Of a stretch of 24,000 bases of DNA, positions 1 through 8,785 are shown one piece after another. Numbering within the stretch: the stretch's first letter is position 1; every line of letters begins with the position of its first letter. The stretch covers positions 181,132 through 205,131 of the forward strand of contig NZ_AP025245.1 of the NCBI RefSeq assembly GCF_021655615.1, in the 5' to 3' direction. Under the pieces are notes generated by a model. The model worked only from the letters and a program-made list of their open reading frames with translations, was not told the origin of the DNA and did no database searches. The stretch is from Acidianus sp. HS-5. Lineage in GTDB: Archaea > Thermoproteota > Thermoprotei_A > Sulfolobales > Sulfolobaceae. Made by a program: the position numbers and the translations under genes.

Positions 1-1315
1 TTCCAACATACGGAACACCAGAAATCGACAAACCAAGGACTGTCTGCAACTGGAGGATTAACTGATCTTTAGAGGCTGTGTTATCTCCTGTCCACACGAA
101 TGCAAACTTCTGTATTCCTGCATAACCAGACCTGGAGAGTATGAATACTTCCTTATCCTTAAATCCCTCAAAGGTAGCCATTGCCTCATAATAAGGATAA
201 GCGTTTCTAACCTTACTGTGAGGAACCTTCTTTCCCTTTAACTCATGAACTACGTCTTCAGGGAAAGTGTAATACATCCTATCGTCTTTTAATGTAAGAG
301 GTGTTGAACCCAGAACTTCCTTATTTTCTATAACCCTTGTAAAGTCTGTAGGCTCATTCATGTCTAGCCAAATTCCATCAATTCCTTGAGAGAGCCACTC
401 TGAAATTACGTTAATCCACCACTTCCTAGTATCTTCTCTAAAGAAGTCAGGATAAACGCAATTACCGGGCCAAAGTTTACCAACAAATAATTCGCCGTTA
501 GAGGTTTCGCAGAACTTACCTAAACCGGAAATGAAAACGTCGTAGCTCTGGTCAGCTTTAACACTGTGGTCTACTATAGTAATTACTTTTACACCTCTGG
601 AGTGAACTTCATCCAAGAACTTCTTAGGATCAGGAAACCTCTCCTTATTCCAGGTAAAAAGCTTGAAAGAATCCATGTAGTCAATGTCCAAGAATAACCC
701 CATCACCTTAAATCCTTGGTTTCTTAACTCGTCTAAGAGTTCTATTATCTTATCTTGGGGGAAATAAGAATATCTAGAAATCATGTAACCGAAAGCCCAA
801 TATGGAGGAAGGAAAGGCTTTCCCGTTACTTCGCTGTACTGCTCAAGGACTTTCTCTATAGTAGGTCCTTCAAAGAAGTATATTTCTACTGAAGGTTCCG
901 GAACCTTTATCTTTATTTTACCGTAGTCTTCAACGCCTATATCGAAGACTAGTTTAGAAGCTGAATTAACGAAAATCCCTTTTGCTACTCCTTTTTTTAC
1001 TGTTATAATGAATGGAATATTAAGATAGAGGGGATCGTCAAACTTATCGTAAGCTCCGGCATCTACGTTATACATTATGAACCTCCCTCTCCTCCTGTCT
1101 AGCTCGTAAGCCTTCTCTCCTAAACCTAATACGTGTTCTTTGACGTCGAGGTCTTTCTCTATAAGTAAGCCTTCTTTGTCCTCTTTGATATTTAAGGAGA
1201 AGTAAGAGAGGTCTTTTTCAGAATCTCTTCCATTAAAGGGGAAATCTACTGGAGGGAAAGGGTCGTTTACTGAGATTTTGCATATTCCTTTATTTTCTTT
1301 TATTAAAAGCTTCAT
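1..1315 (-). CDS. malA: alpha-glucosidase, glycoside hydrolase family 31 (MalA-like); the C-terminal part runs off the window start
   Basis: Minus-strand reading frame is open from the ATG at 1315..1313 to the window edge; it is absent from the ORF track because there is no stop in the window. My translation starts [22 protein letters not shown]. Around 360-440 it reads [27 protein letters not shown], the GH31 nucleophile block. It is collinear with Saccharolobus solfataricus MalA as I recall it. TATA-like ttttataaaa on the coding strand lies about 25 nt upstream (1336-1347). Confidence 0.85.
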   Translation of the reverse strand, partial: MKLLIKENKGICKISVNDPFPPVDFPFNGRDSEKDLSYFSLNIKEDKEGLLIEKDLDVKEHVLGLGEKAYELDRRRGRFIMYNVDAGAYDKFDDPLYLNIPFIITVKKGVAKGIFVNSASKLVFDIGVEDYGKIKIKVPEPSVEIYFFEGPTIEKVLEQYSEVTGKPFLPPYWAFGYMISRYSYFPQDKIIELLDELRNQGFKVMGLFLDIDYMDSFKLFTWNKERFPDPKKFLDEVHSRGVKVITIVDHSVKADQSYDVFISGLGKFCETSNGELFVGKLWPGNCVYPDFFREDTRKWWINVISEWLSQGIDGIWLDMNEPTDFTRVIENKEVLGSTPLTLKDDRMYYTFPEDVVHELKGKKVPHSKVRNAYPYYEAMATFEGFKDKEVFILSRSGYAGIQKFAFVWTGDNTASKDQLILQLQTVLGLSISGVPYVG

Positions 1316-1428
1316 ATGATGAGATTTTGCAATTTTTTATAAAATTTTCCCACTACAGTATGCTAAAATATTTATGTAAAACTGCCTTAAGCCTACGTTC
1401 TATAAAGTACATCCACGTAAGAAAAAGT

Positions 1429-1782
1429 TTACTTATTTTTCTGAGTTAAGGCTAAAATTCCTGCAATTAGAAGTAAAATAAATGAAATGCCGAAGAATCC
1501 GAAAAATACTGGAATGGAAAGAACTGCAGCTATGATTAGCAATATGCCTCCAGTTTGCCTATCTGAAATTAATGAACCTATTAAACCCAGCACTAATGCA
1601 GGAACGGCTATAATTGTAGGAAATACTAAAATCATTCCACCGTGCGGATATCCTCCCATCATTCTCCCCATCATTCCACCGTAATATCCTTCCATAAAGT
1701 AATATCCTATGTAAAATGGAATTATAAGACCTAACAATAATAAAATTGAACCAACTATTCCTAAAATTTGATAGTTCTCCAC
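1429..1782 (-). CDS. small integral membrane protein with a Gly/Met/Tyr/His-rich loop, function unknown
   Basis: 117-aa ORF with 3-4 hydrophobic segments. GTG start at 1782..1780 is preceded by GGTGA with a 6-nt spacer. The start is tightly coupled to the stop of the upstream small ORF. Confidence 0.5.
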   Translation of the reverse strand: MENYQILGIVGSILLLLGLIIPFYIGYYFMEGYYGGMMGRMMGGYPHGGMILVFPTIIAVPALVLGLIGSLISDRQTGGILLIIAAVLSIPVFFGFFGISFILLLIAGILALTQKNK

Positions 1783-1783
1783 T

Positions 1784-1957
1784 TTAACTCACCACGAGTA
1801 TTTTACCATATACTTCTGCATGGTTGGTATATGTGCCAGTAACTCTAGAAGATGAAATGAAGGCAATATAAGACTTAAACGTATATCTTGATGAGTAGTT
1901 TGCATTAGGTAATAATTGGGTCATTAAACAAAATACCCTATTGTAACTTTTCTTCAT
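1784..1957 (-). CDS. hypothetical small protein (57 aa from the ATG; the track gives a GTG start at 1969)
   Basis: ATG at 1957..1955 is preceded by GGAG with a 6-nt spacer. The stop lies 1 nt before the next gene's GTG. There is no recognisable domain and the composition is not strongly protein-like. Confidence 0.25.
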   Translation of the reverse strand: MKKSYNRVFCLMTQLLPNANYSSRYTFKSYIAFISSSRVTGTYTNHAEVYGKILVVS

Positions 1958-2003
1958 TATATTCTCCACTATTATAGTATTTTAACTTTTAACTTAAAAA
2001 TTT

Positions 2004-3437
2004 TTATTGTAAATTACTGAGAGATGATGGCGAAACATTCGGTAAACCTTTGAATACGCTATTAAATAATCCGCTTGTCATTAAGTATGAGAAGTGAAAT
2101 GCTATAACAGTTATTATCATTAGTATTCCTATAAAATACATTCCGGAATATATACTTTTACCGTAGGCTATAGCTATAGCTATACCGTTAGCGAATGATA
2201 TGACTATCAATATTATTAGAATAAGCAGAGAAATCAGTGAAATGTTTACTTTCCCAAGAGTAAATATATTGCTAATTACATCAACGCTAAATATTCTTTC
2301 AAATATCCCTAAGAGAGAGATTAAAGTGCCTCCAATAGCGGAACTAGAGGCTTGTAATGCATAAACCGAGGCTTCAAATGCCCTTCCGTTTTGCTCTCTT
2401 TTTGCTCTTATGTTAAGTAAAGAGGTTCCAACTCTTGCTAGTACGTCTCCTATATGTTTGATATCTCCTCCATATTCTATAGTGCTAGACAAGACCCTAT
2501 TCATCATTAGGATTAATACACTACCGCTCTCTTCGCCCATTAATTCGAATATTATGGATTTCTTTATTCCGAACTCTATTCTGTTATATGCAGACATTAC
2601 CAGTGGTCTCATCTTTCCAATATCTCCTCTTAATATACTTGTGAAAGCCTCCTTCAAGTTATTTACTATAGAGTATGTTCTAGAAAAATATGTTACGAAC
2701 GTTACATAATGCCTTTCTAATATGTCCAGTTTTCTCTCTTTAGATCTGAAATATATTCCTAAAATTAAAAACGTCAAGCCTAATATTAGTATTGAAATGA
2801 AATTATGTATTAAAATTATAAAAATTAATACGGCATTGATGATAACTAATGTTAAGTATTGCTCCTTTCTCCTATAAATTACATATGTTTCTGGTCTATA
2901 CGATATATATATAATTAGAGTCATCAATAGTATTACCATTACTAAAGAGATTGATAATAATTCTAAACTGTTTGTTCCCATGTTAAATAAGATTGATACT
3001 AAGGTAAGGTTAACCATTAGGAAGATTAGTGAACTACTTAAAGTTCCATAAATGGAAAGGAAATTAGCCATGGAGTCTATCTTCCTCATCATATTTGCTT
3101 CATATTCTGAGATAGCCATATTTATTTCTCTATCGAGATATGTCTCCATGTCATCGCCGTGAGATAGTGCTTGCGAAAATCTAATTAGAAAATCTCTTAA
3201 AGGCAATATTTTTTCCTTAGACGCAAGTATATTTATTGCTGTAGAAAATTTATATTTAAATCCATTTATAAGTGTATCCAATTTTCTAAATATCGAAGAA
3301 TATTCCTTAAGATAATCTAAGCTGGCCACTAAAGAAACTATTACTCCGGGAGGTAAATCTGCACTGAATAGCGCCAGAATATAAGATAACAAAAATATGA
3401 ATTTTGATTCCATTTCATCCTTAGATCTCAATTTCAT
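2004..3437 (-). CDS. arlJ: archaellum platform membrane protein ArlJ (FlaJ)
   Basis: 477 aa with many hydrophobic segments and cytoplasmic loops. It is the last gene of the cluster and overlaps the arlI stop by 17 nt. Size and position match FlaJ/ArlJ (PilC/TadC-like). An alternative ATG lies at 3413. Confidence 0.9.
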   Translation of the reverse strand: MKLRSKDEMESKFIFLLSYILALFSADLPPGVIVSLVASLDYLKEYSSIFRKLDTLINGFKYKFSTAINILASKEKILPLRDFLIRFSQALSHGDDMETYLDREINMAISEYEANMMRKIDSMANFLSIYGTLSSSLIFLMVNLTLVSILFNMGTNSLELLSISLVMVILLMTLIIYISYRPETYVIYRRKEQYLTLVIINAVLIFIILIHNFISILILGLTFLILGIYFRSKERKLDILERHYVTFVTYFSRTYSIVNNLKEAFTSILRGDIGKMRPLVMSAYNRIEFGIKKSIIFELMGEESGSVLILMMNRVLSSTIEYGGDIKHIGDVLARVGTSLLNIRAKREQNGRAFEASVYALQASSSAIGGTLISLLGIFERIFSVDVISNIFTLGKVNISLISLLILIILIVISFANGIAIAIAYGKSIYSGMYFIGILMIITVIAFHFSYLMTSGLFNSVFKGLPNVSPSSLSNLQ

Positions 3438-4953
3438 TCACCACTTCTTCCAATCCTGATTGTCTAACCTTCAAAATCCAACGCCATACATCAAAATAAT
3501 TAAAAATTTTCTTATTAACTAAATGTTCAATAAATTTAGCTCTAAGATTTAATTCATCGTATAACGTATTCATATTCTTCCTATCTATTCCTCTCCTTAT
3601 GGCTATTTTATTCTCTATAAGGTACGAAGCTCCTTTGCCTGCAAAAATTATCTTGTCATACACCGGATCGTAAGTAAACGAAGGAACGTAAATAACGTCA
3701 TTTGTAACGGGATCGATATCAATTATTTCATCAACCTCAATTACTCTTCTGATTAAATTCCCCTTCTTATCATAGAGTGCACTTTGAAATAGAGCAATGT
3801 TAAGATTATTTATATAAGATTTAGGAACTTCTATAGGATACCCGCTAAGTCTCTGAACCAATGTCCTAATGTTTGCAGAATGGAATGTTGCCATTACAGA
3901 GTGACCAGTCTGCATTGCTTGAAAAGCTACATTTCCTTCTCTATCTCTTATTTCTCCTACTAATATGTAGTTCGGCCTTTGCCTTAATGCAGCCTTAAGC
4001 AGATCAAATAGTTTTATTTCACCTTCTCCTCCAGTCTCTCTAGTTACTTCTGCTATCCAATTCTGATGAGGGACTGTCAATTCTGGCGTATCTTCGATTG
4101 TGACTATCTTCAAATTTGGAGGAATGAATGTAGCTATTGCATTAAGCGTTGTAGTTTTACCAGATGCAGTCTCTCCGCAAATAAAGACGTTCATTCCTTC
4201 ATCCAACATCATCCATAAATATGCTGCTAACAAAGAATTCATTGTGCCGAATGTAACTAATTGTGTAATACTTATAGGGACCTTTGTGAACTTTCTTACT
4301 GTCATATTTGAACCTCTTCTGCTGACATCTACGCCGTATACGAAGTTTACTCTAGAGCCGTCTGGAAGTGAAGCATCAATGATTGGTCTATTATGAGATA
4401 CGGGTCTCATGGTTTTTTCGCTTAAAGTTACTATAAAATCGTCAAGCTCTTGTTCATTAGAGATTTTAATTGATGTTATCATTGGACCAAAAATCTTATG
4501 TACTATGTATACGTTTCCTATGCCAGGTAAGCTTATGTCCTCTATATAAGGATCTCTTATTAAAGGTTCTATGGGGCCTGAATATAGTTTATCTCTAATA
4601 AAATGATAAATAATATAATCTCTAGTTCCCTTTATTTTAATCTTGTTAAGTATCTCTCTCATTTTCTTTTCCTTTTCTTCTATTGGGACGGGAACTTTTT
4701 CCTTATATTTTAGAGCCTTAGCGAATTCCATTTCTAAACGCTCTAGGATTTTCTGATCTGGCCTTGGAGGCTCTATAACTATATACTGATAATATCCGTC
4801 CTCAGATCTTTTACTTAGTCCATGAATATATATTAAATCTGATACTTTATAGATAATATTAAATACTTTAGAACCTTTATATTGTGTAGGATCACTTACT
4901 ATCTGCGGTTTTTCCTCAAGTTTGCTTATATACTCCTCAAGGAAATCCTCCAT
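3421..4953 (-). CDS. arlI: archaellum motor/assembly ATPase ArlI (FlaI), type II/IV secretion ATPase family
   Basis: 510 aa. Walker A is [10 protein letters not shown], an acidic Walker B-like box is [10 protein letters not shown], and the conserved block [15 protein letters not shown] is present. Position is between arlH and arlJ. Confidence 0.95.
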   Translation of the reverse strand: MEDFLEEYISKLEEKPQIVSDPTQYKGSKVFNIIYKVSDLIYIHGLSKRSEDGYYQYIVIEPPRPDQKILERLEMEFAKALKYKEKVPVPIEEKEKKMREILNKIKIKGTRDYIIYHFIRDKLYSGPIEPLIRDPYIEDISLPGIGNVYIVHKIFGPMITSIKISNEQELDDFIVTLSEKTMRPVSHNRPIIDASLPDGSRVNFVYGVDVSRRGSNMTVRKFTKVPISITQLVTFGTMNSLLAAYLWMMLDEGMNVFICGETASGKTTTLNAIATFIPPNLKIVTIEDTPELTVPHQNWIAEVTRETGGEGEIKLFDLLKAALRQRPNYILVGEIRDREGNVAFQAMQTGHSVMATFHSANIRTLVQRLSGYPIEVPKSYINNLNIALFQSALYDKKGNLIRRVIEVDEIIDIDPVTNDVIYVPSFTYDPVYDKIIFAGKGASYLIENKIAIRRGIDRKNMNTLYDELNLRAKFIEHLVNKKIFNYFDVWRWILKVRQSGLEEVVNEIEI

Positions 4954-4955
4954 TT

Positions 4956-5636
4956 TTAAGCCCTCGAAAGACTGAGTGGAACAACTTTGATACCTAGCGT
5001 AGGATCTACGTTAAACGATATGCTATCTGCTCCTATAATTCCTTCACTTATCTTTACTTTTTCAAGAACCTTTACTCTAGTATTACCTATAGTTGCAGCA
5101 CTTAGCTTAAAGTAAACGTCTACTTCACTCTTTATTCTAGTCTGTAATTCCTCTGGGAAATTAGGATGGATAGTTATTATTATTGATTTTCCTTCAGTAA
5201 CGTAAACTCTTAATCCTCTAAAGAATTCCATCAGATCTTCTTCTGATGAGAATGTAGAAATAACAGTAAGACTATCTATTACAACAAAATCTTTAACTTT
5301 CCCAATAAAGTCATGAATTAGGTATAAAAGCTTTTTTGCAATTGTTAAGTTCCAGCTAAATCTAGGGGTATTAACTGGTGCTACTCCCAACTGTCCTTTT
5401 AAAAAGAAGGGTATTAAGTCTACCTTAATTTCGCTCATCTTCTTTAGGTACCCGTATGTCGATTGTTCAGTAGTTATAATGTAACCTTTCATTTTCGAAA
5501 TTAAGAGACCGTAAGCTATTTGCGCAGATATTACGCTCTTTCCAGTACCATGATCACCTTCTATCAGTATTAATGAAGGAAAAGGAATACCTCCAAGCCT
5601 TCTATCGAGTTCTTCGTTCCCAGTATTAACTATCAC
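4956..5636 (-). CDS. arlH: archaellum RecA/KaiC-like ATP-binding protein ArlH (FlaH)
   Basis: 226 aa. Walker A is GDHGTGKS within a RecA/KaiC-like N-terminus ([25 protein letters not shown]). It ends 2 nt upstream of arlI. Confidence 0.9.
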   Translation of the reverse strand: MIVNTGNEELDRRLGGIPFPSLILIEGDHGTGKSVISAQIAYGLLISKMKGYIITTEQSTYGYLKKMSEIKVDLIPFFLKGQLGVAPVNTPRFSWNLTIAKKLLYLIHDFIGKVKDFVVIDSLTVISTFSSEEDLMEFFRGLRVYVTEGKSIIITIHPNFPEELQTRIKSEVDVYFKLSAATIGNTRVKVLEKVKISEGIIGADSISFNVDPTLGIKVVPLSLSRA

Positions 5637-5645
5637 TTTTATCCC

Positions 5646-6131
5646 CTATAATATTCCTCTCCATACCGCTACAGTTCCATAATTAGTTGAAATTATAATA
5701 ACTGCATTAGTATCAGCATAAGGCGGATAAGGTAAAACTACAGTAAACTTTACAACGGAATCTGGATTTAAGATTCCTGAAGATGTCCACTGATATGTAG
5801 TTGGAGTTCTGGAATAATTGTATGAGGAAATTGTTAATTCTTCGCTTTCACTAACGTTAGCATAGTACTTTACTATTACTGCAAAGTGACAAAAACTCCA
5901 CAAAGTAACCGAACCATTATTAGCTACGTTTATGTAAATATCGTTACTATCGGCGGTTACAGAAAGTATTGTTATTCTAGAGCTTAATTGGCCTAAGTTA
6001 GTACTCTGTTTTAAATTTTCTGCATTATATATCAGATTAGCAGAAAATCCTAAGTTAATTAAAATTACTGCTATTAATGTTATTGCAATAACCGAAATCA
6101 ATGAAAATGCCATAATAGTTGAAAGCCCCAT
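5646..6131 (-). CDS. arlF: archaellum stator-associated protein ArlF (FlaF)
   Basis: 161 aa. N-terminal TM helix MGLSTIMAFSLISVIAITLIAVIL is followed by a beta-rich soluble domain. Gene order is arlG-arlF-arlH. It overlaps arlG by 1 nt. Confidence 0.8.
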   Translation of the reverse strand: MGLSTIMAFSLISVIAITLIAVILINLGFSANLIYNAENLKQSTNLGQLSSRITILSVTADSNDIYINVANNGSVTLWSFCHFAVIVKYYANVSESEELTISSYNYSRTPTTYQWTSSGILNPDSVVKFTVVLPYPPYADTNAVIIISTNYGTVAVWRGIL

Positions 6132-6586
6132 TACATCACCTCAAAGACGTAAGTTGTCTCATAACTATTAGGTGCAACAAACATTATTTCATAATATTGA
6201 TTCTGTTGTAACGTGCAGGATAGAGTAATAGTAACTTGTACGGTACTTCCAGGGTAAAGTACCATAGCTGAAGTACTCCAACCGGGAACCGAATTATAGC
6301 CTATCTGTTGTAGCTCGTAAACTTTACCGAAATACACTGTGGAAGATTTTATATAAATTGGAGTCTGGCCCACGTTCTGTATATAAAATACAACAGTATC
6401 CGACGATGTATTGGTAGCGTATACTATGGTAAGAGAAGTAGTGAGCTTCTGAGCCATGTTAACCGAAGCAGAATCAAATCCAGTACTAACGAAAGTTACG
6501 GCATAAAATATTGCACCTGCGAGAATTCCGGCAAGTATAATACTTGCTATTATCAAAATCGATTCACTGATTACTTCTCCCGCCAT
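6131..6586 (-). CDS. arlG: archaellum protein ArlG (FlaG)
   Basis: 151 aa. The N-terminus MAGEVISESILIIASIILAGILAGAIF is archaellin-like, followed by a beta-rich domain. It overlaps arlX by 23 nt. Confidence 0.8.
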   Translation of the reverse strand: MAGEVISESILIIASIILAGILAGAIFYAVTFVSTGFDSASVNMAQKLTTSLTIVYATNTSSDTVVFYIQNVGQTPIYIKSSTVYFGKVYELQQIGYNSVPGWSTSAMVLYPGSTVQVTITLSCTLQQNQYYEIMFVAPNSYETTYVFEVM

Positions 6587-7286
6587 TCAGATCACCCAGA
6601 ATTAAGGAAATGTATTTTACAACATCATTATCAACTGTATTGCTAACTTTGGCTATATCATAAGCAACTAATGCTAAATCTGAAGCGGAAATTTTAGCTC
6701 TATTTTTAGCCAAAATTTCCTCAATTTTTTCTATAGTCTCAACATCTTTTGACGAAAGAAGGTCAAGCCTAAATAACGATATTATTTTTTCCTTATCATA
6801 ATCCATCATAAACAAAAGAACTGATAACTGGATTATTTTCTTCAAATCGATATTATTAGGTAGGCTTTCGCCTATTACTGAACTCGTATTACTATTATTA
6901 TCTTCTTTTCTGATTACGCTCTCTATGTTAAAAGGAGACTCCTCATCACTTTTACTGGCCTTTATAGCCAAAGCTAATTCCTCTAAATTTTTACCTAAGC
7001 CTTGTATACTTTCTTTTATTTCATTATTGCTATCACTAATGACCTTGGATAGATCGTTCTGCATCTTATCTATTCTACCGGTTATTTTACTTATGTCTAC
7101 AGTTACGTTCTGTACAGCTTGTTGAGGAACTTGTTGTGGTTGGGGAATAGTTTGTTGAGTTTTAGGTTTGTTAAATTTGAACATGTAAAGGAACAACATA
7201 ACGAAAAACACCGCCAGAGGTAAACTTACCAATAATAATAAATTAAATATAGGATTTGAGGTAAAATTCAAAAACATTTTCATCAC
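6564..7286 (-). CDS. arlX: archaellum ring protein ArlX (FlaX), Sulfolobales-specific
   Basis: 240 aa. It has an N-terminal TM helix, a Q/P-rich linker (QTIPQPQQVPQQAVQ) and a long charged, coiled-coil-like region. Position is between arlB and arlG. The track start at 7286 is GTG; ATGs lie at 7283 and 7277. GGTGA at 7287..7283 with a 5-nt spacer favours 7277. Confidence 0.8.
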   Translation of the reverse strand: MMKMFLNFTSNPIFNLLLLVSLPLAVFFVMLFLYMFKFNKPKTQQTIPQPQQVPQQAVQNVTVDISKITGRIDKMQNDLSKVISDSNNEIKESIQGLGKNLEELALAIKASKSDEESPFNIESVIRKEDNNSNTSSVIGESLPNNIDLKKIIQLSVLLFMMDYDKEKIISLFRLDLLSSKDVETIEKIEEILAKNRAKISASDLALVAYDIAKVSNTVDNDVVKYISLILGDLNGGRSNQ

Positions 7287-7315
7287 CTAAAACAAAAATA
7301 ATAAAAAAATTACCT
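7287..7315 (-). terminator. T-rich tract in the arlB-arlX intergenic spacer (candidate partial terminator)
   Basis: The coding strand reads GGTAATTTTTTTATTATTTTTGTTTTAGGTGA directly after the arlB stop. Archaeal termination uses oligo-T runs. Confidence 0.4.
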
Positions 7316-8134
7316 TTACCCTATTACGCTAACGTTTGCTTCTGGTTGATACACGTATTGGCATAGTGTTAATGGAGCACCTATGTTAGGTATTACTTGT
7401 ATTGTAATTGTCTGATATTGGAATACTGGAGTTGATTGAGGGAATAGTATTATAACACCTACCGTAGAACCAGCAGGCGCTACATCGCTACCTACTAGAG
7501 GATCTCCTGCAACTGGGAACGTTATTGCTACAGGTTTACTTGACTTTACATATGCATAGTATTGAGTACCGGAGTAATTGAAAGTGAAATACTGCCCATT
7601 AGTTGGTTTAGTAGTTTCTATACATATATATTTACATCCAGTATTATAATGTAGAGCTAATAATGCTGCATAAGGACTAGAATAATAGTAATATGTTTGA
7701 GATCCTGCTTTTTGACTACATAAATATAAGTGGTCGCTTGTACAATTAAGTAATGTATATGCATATATGTTAGAACATGAAATTCCGCTTGCAGATGCTA
7801 GGAATGATATTGAAGTAGTAGCAGGCGATAAATACACGCTAGATACACCGGCGCTAGGTGATACTGTGAAATATATCCAATAACTAACACTGTCTTTAGG
7901 AAAGTTAGTTGCATATAATATGGAGCTACTTAATTGCAGCGCCGTAGAAGCTGTTTCATCACCCTTATTTATAGTAGTCTTTGCTTTCTGTGTTACGAAT
8001 AGTCCCATGTTTATTGCTACAAACGCCAGTACTGATGCAGTTATTATGAATGCTATTAATATTATTGCAGTATCCAGTCCTGCTAGACCTTTTCTCTTTA
8101 CTAATTTATTATATCTACGTATTATGTTTTTCAT
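7316..8134 (-). CDS. arlB: archaellin ArlB (FlaB)
   Basis: 272 aa. It has a class III signal peptide and the conserved archaellin N-terminus MKNIIRRYNKLVKRKG/LAGLDTAIILIAFIITASVLAFVAINMGLFVTQKA. The C-terminus reads PEANVSVIG. It is the first gene of the cluster. Confidence 0.95.
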   Translation of the reverse strand: MKNIIRRYNKLVKRKGLAGLDTAIILIAFIITASVLAFVAINMGLFVTQKAKTTINKGDETASTALQLSSSILYATNFPKDSVSYWIYFTVSPSAGVSSVYLSPATTSISFLASASGISCSNIYAYTLLNCTSDHLYLCSQKAGSQTYYYYSSPYAALLALHYNTGCKYICIETTKPTNGQYFTFNYSGTQYYAYVKSSKPVAITFPVAGDPLVGSDVAPAGSTVGVIILFPQSTPVFQYQTITIQVIPNIGAPLTLCQYVYQPEANVSVIG

Positions 8135-8150
8135 TTTCTCACTTTTCTAA

Positions 8151-8213
8151 AAGAAAGAGAGAAGTTACATTTTTTAAATATACTGTTTAGTTTCGATTAT
8201 CAGTCTCTTTCTT
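8151..8213. repeat. perfect 10-bp inverted repeat bracketing the arlB core promoter
   Basis: aagaaagaga at 8151-8160 is the exact reverse complement of tctctttctt at 8204-8213, with a 43-bp spacer that contains the TATA box. Confidence 0.7.
8171..8205 (-). promoter_or_regulatory. arlB promoter module: GACTGATAATCGAAACTAAACAGTATATTTAAAAA (read on the minus strand)
   Basis: TATA element TATTTAAAAA (8180..8171) ends 36 nt before the arlB ATG. That leaves a UTR of about 15 nt containing GTGAG. The upstream half, GACT-N4-ATCGAAA, is shared with two other promoters in the window. Confidence 0.6.
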
Positions 8214-8282
8214 ATATTTTTAAGTATTTTTATCTGATATTATATATTTATTGAGCAGAAATTTGCGTGATATCTTTTAGTA

Positions 8283-8317
8283 GACTTACAGTCGAAATTA
8301 AACGGATTATTTAAAAA
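8283..8317 (+). promoter_or_regulatory. promoter module of the divergent operon: GACTTACAGTCGAAATTAAACGGATTATTTAAAAA
   Basis: TATA element TATTTAAAAA (8308-8317) is centred about 26 nt upstream of the ATG at 8339, a leaderless geometry. By my count 28 of 35 positions are identical to the arlB module. Confidence 0.6.
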
Positions 8318-8338
8318 CATTAGCGTAGATGTGAACTT

Positions 8339-8785
8339 ATGTATTTCCTTGGATATGAAATTATTCAATATAATCATACTGCTCTTTACGTATTCTATAT
8401 ATTTACAAATACTAGTATATTTCATGTGATATGGATTAATCCTAATACACATACAATAGTTAATTGTACAGCTTATGTTTCATTATCAGTATTATTTTCA
8501 TATCCTAGAGGAAATTATACTAATTACTCATGTAATGGAATAAATGTATATGCTCTTAAAAACGGAGATCTGATAATAAGCATGAATGGTGTTATTCTGG
8601 AAAGGATGTGCAAAAATGAGATAATAAAATTGAAATACGCTAATTATCCTGGAATAGCTAGTGAAAATTTGCCTAATTTGTCCAAGTTGGCCGGCTATGA
8701 GAACATTTTTTGTATTAGCGCTTACCTTGCGGTGGGGATAATTCTGAGTCTAGTATTTTTCATTATACTGAGGCGATTTCTATGA
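8339..8785 (+). CDS. small membrane-anchored protein (paralog A), function unknown
   Basis: 148 aa. It has a C-terminal TM helix plus a basic tail (IFCISAYLAVGIILSLVFFIILRRFL), several N-x-S/T sequons and 4 Cys. A leaderless-type TATA lies at -26. Its stop overlaps the next start (ATGATGA). Confidence 0.6.
   Translation: MYFLGYEIIQYNHTALYVFYIFTNTSIFHVIWINPNTHTIVNCTAYVSLSVLFSYPRGNYTNYSCNGINVYALKNGDLIISMNGVILERMCKNEIIKLKYANYPGIASENLPNLSKLAGYENIFCISAYLAVGIILSLVFFIILRRFL

Noticed and set aside
1487-1684. 65-aa plus-strand ORF
   Set aside because: It is antisense to, and entirely inside, the better-supported 117-aa membrane protein gene. It has low-complexity Pro/Ile content and no start context.
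2410-2709. 99-aa plus-strand ORF
   Set aside because: It lies antisense within arlJ, a typical shadow ORF in AT-rich sequence.
4100-4396. 98-aa plus-strand ORF
   Set aside because: It lies antisense within arlI.
6925-7125. 66-aa plus-strand ORF
   Set aside because: It lies antisense within arlX.
7920-8150. 76-aa plus-strand ORF
   Set aside because: It lies antisense within the arlB 5' region.
8240-8452. 70-aa minus-strand ORF spanning the promoter and start of the 8339 gene
   Set aside because: It overlaps the predicted plus-strand TATA box and the CDS start. It has no promoter or SD context of its own.
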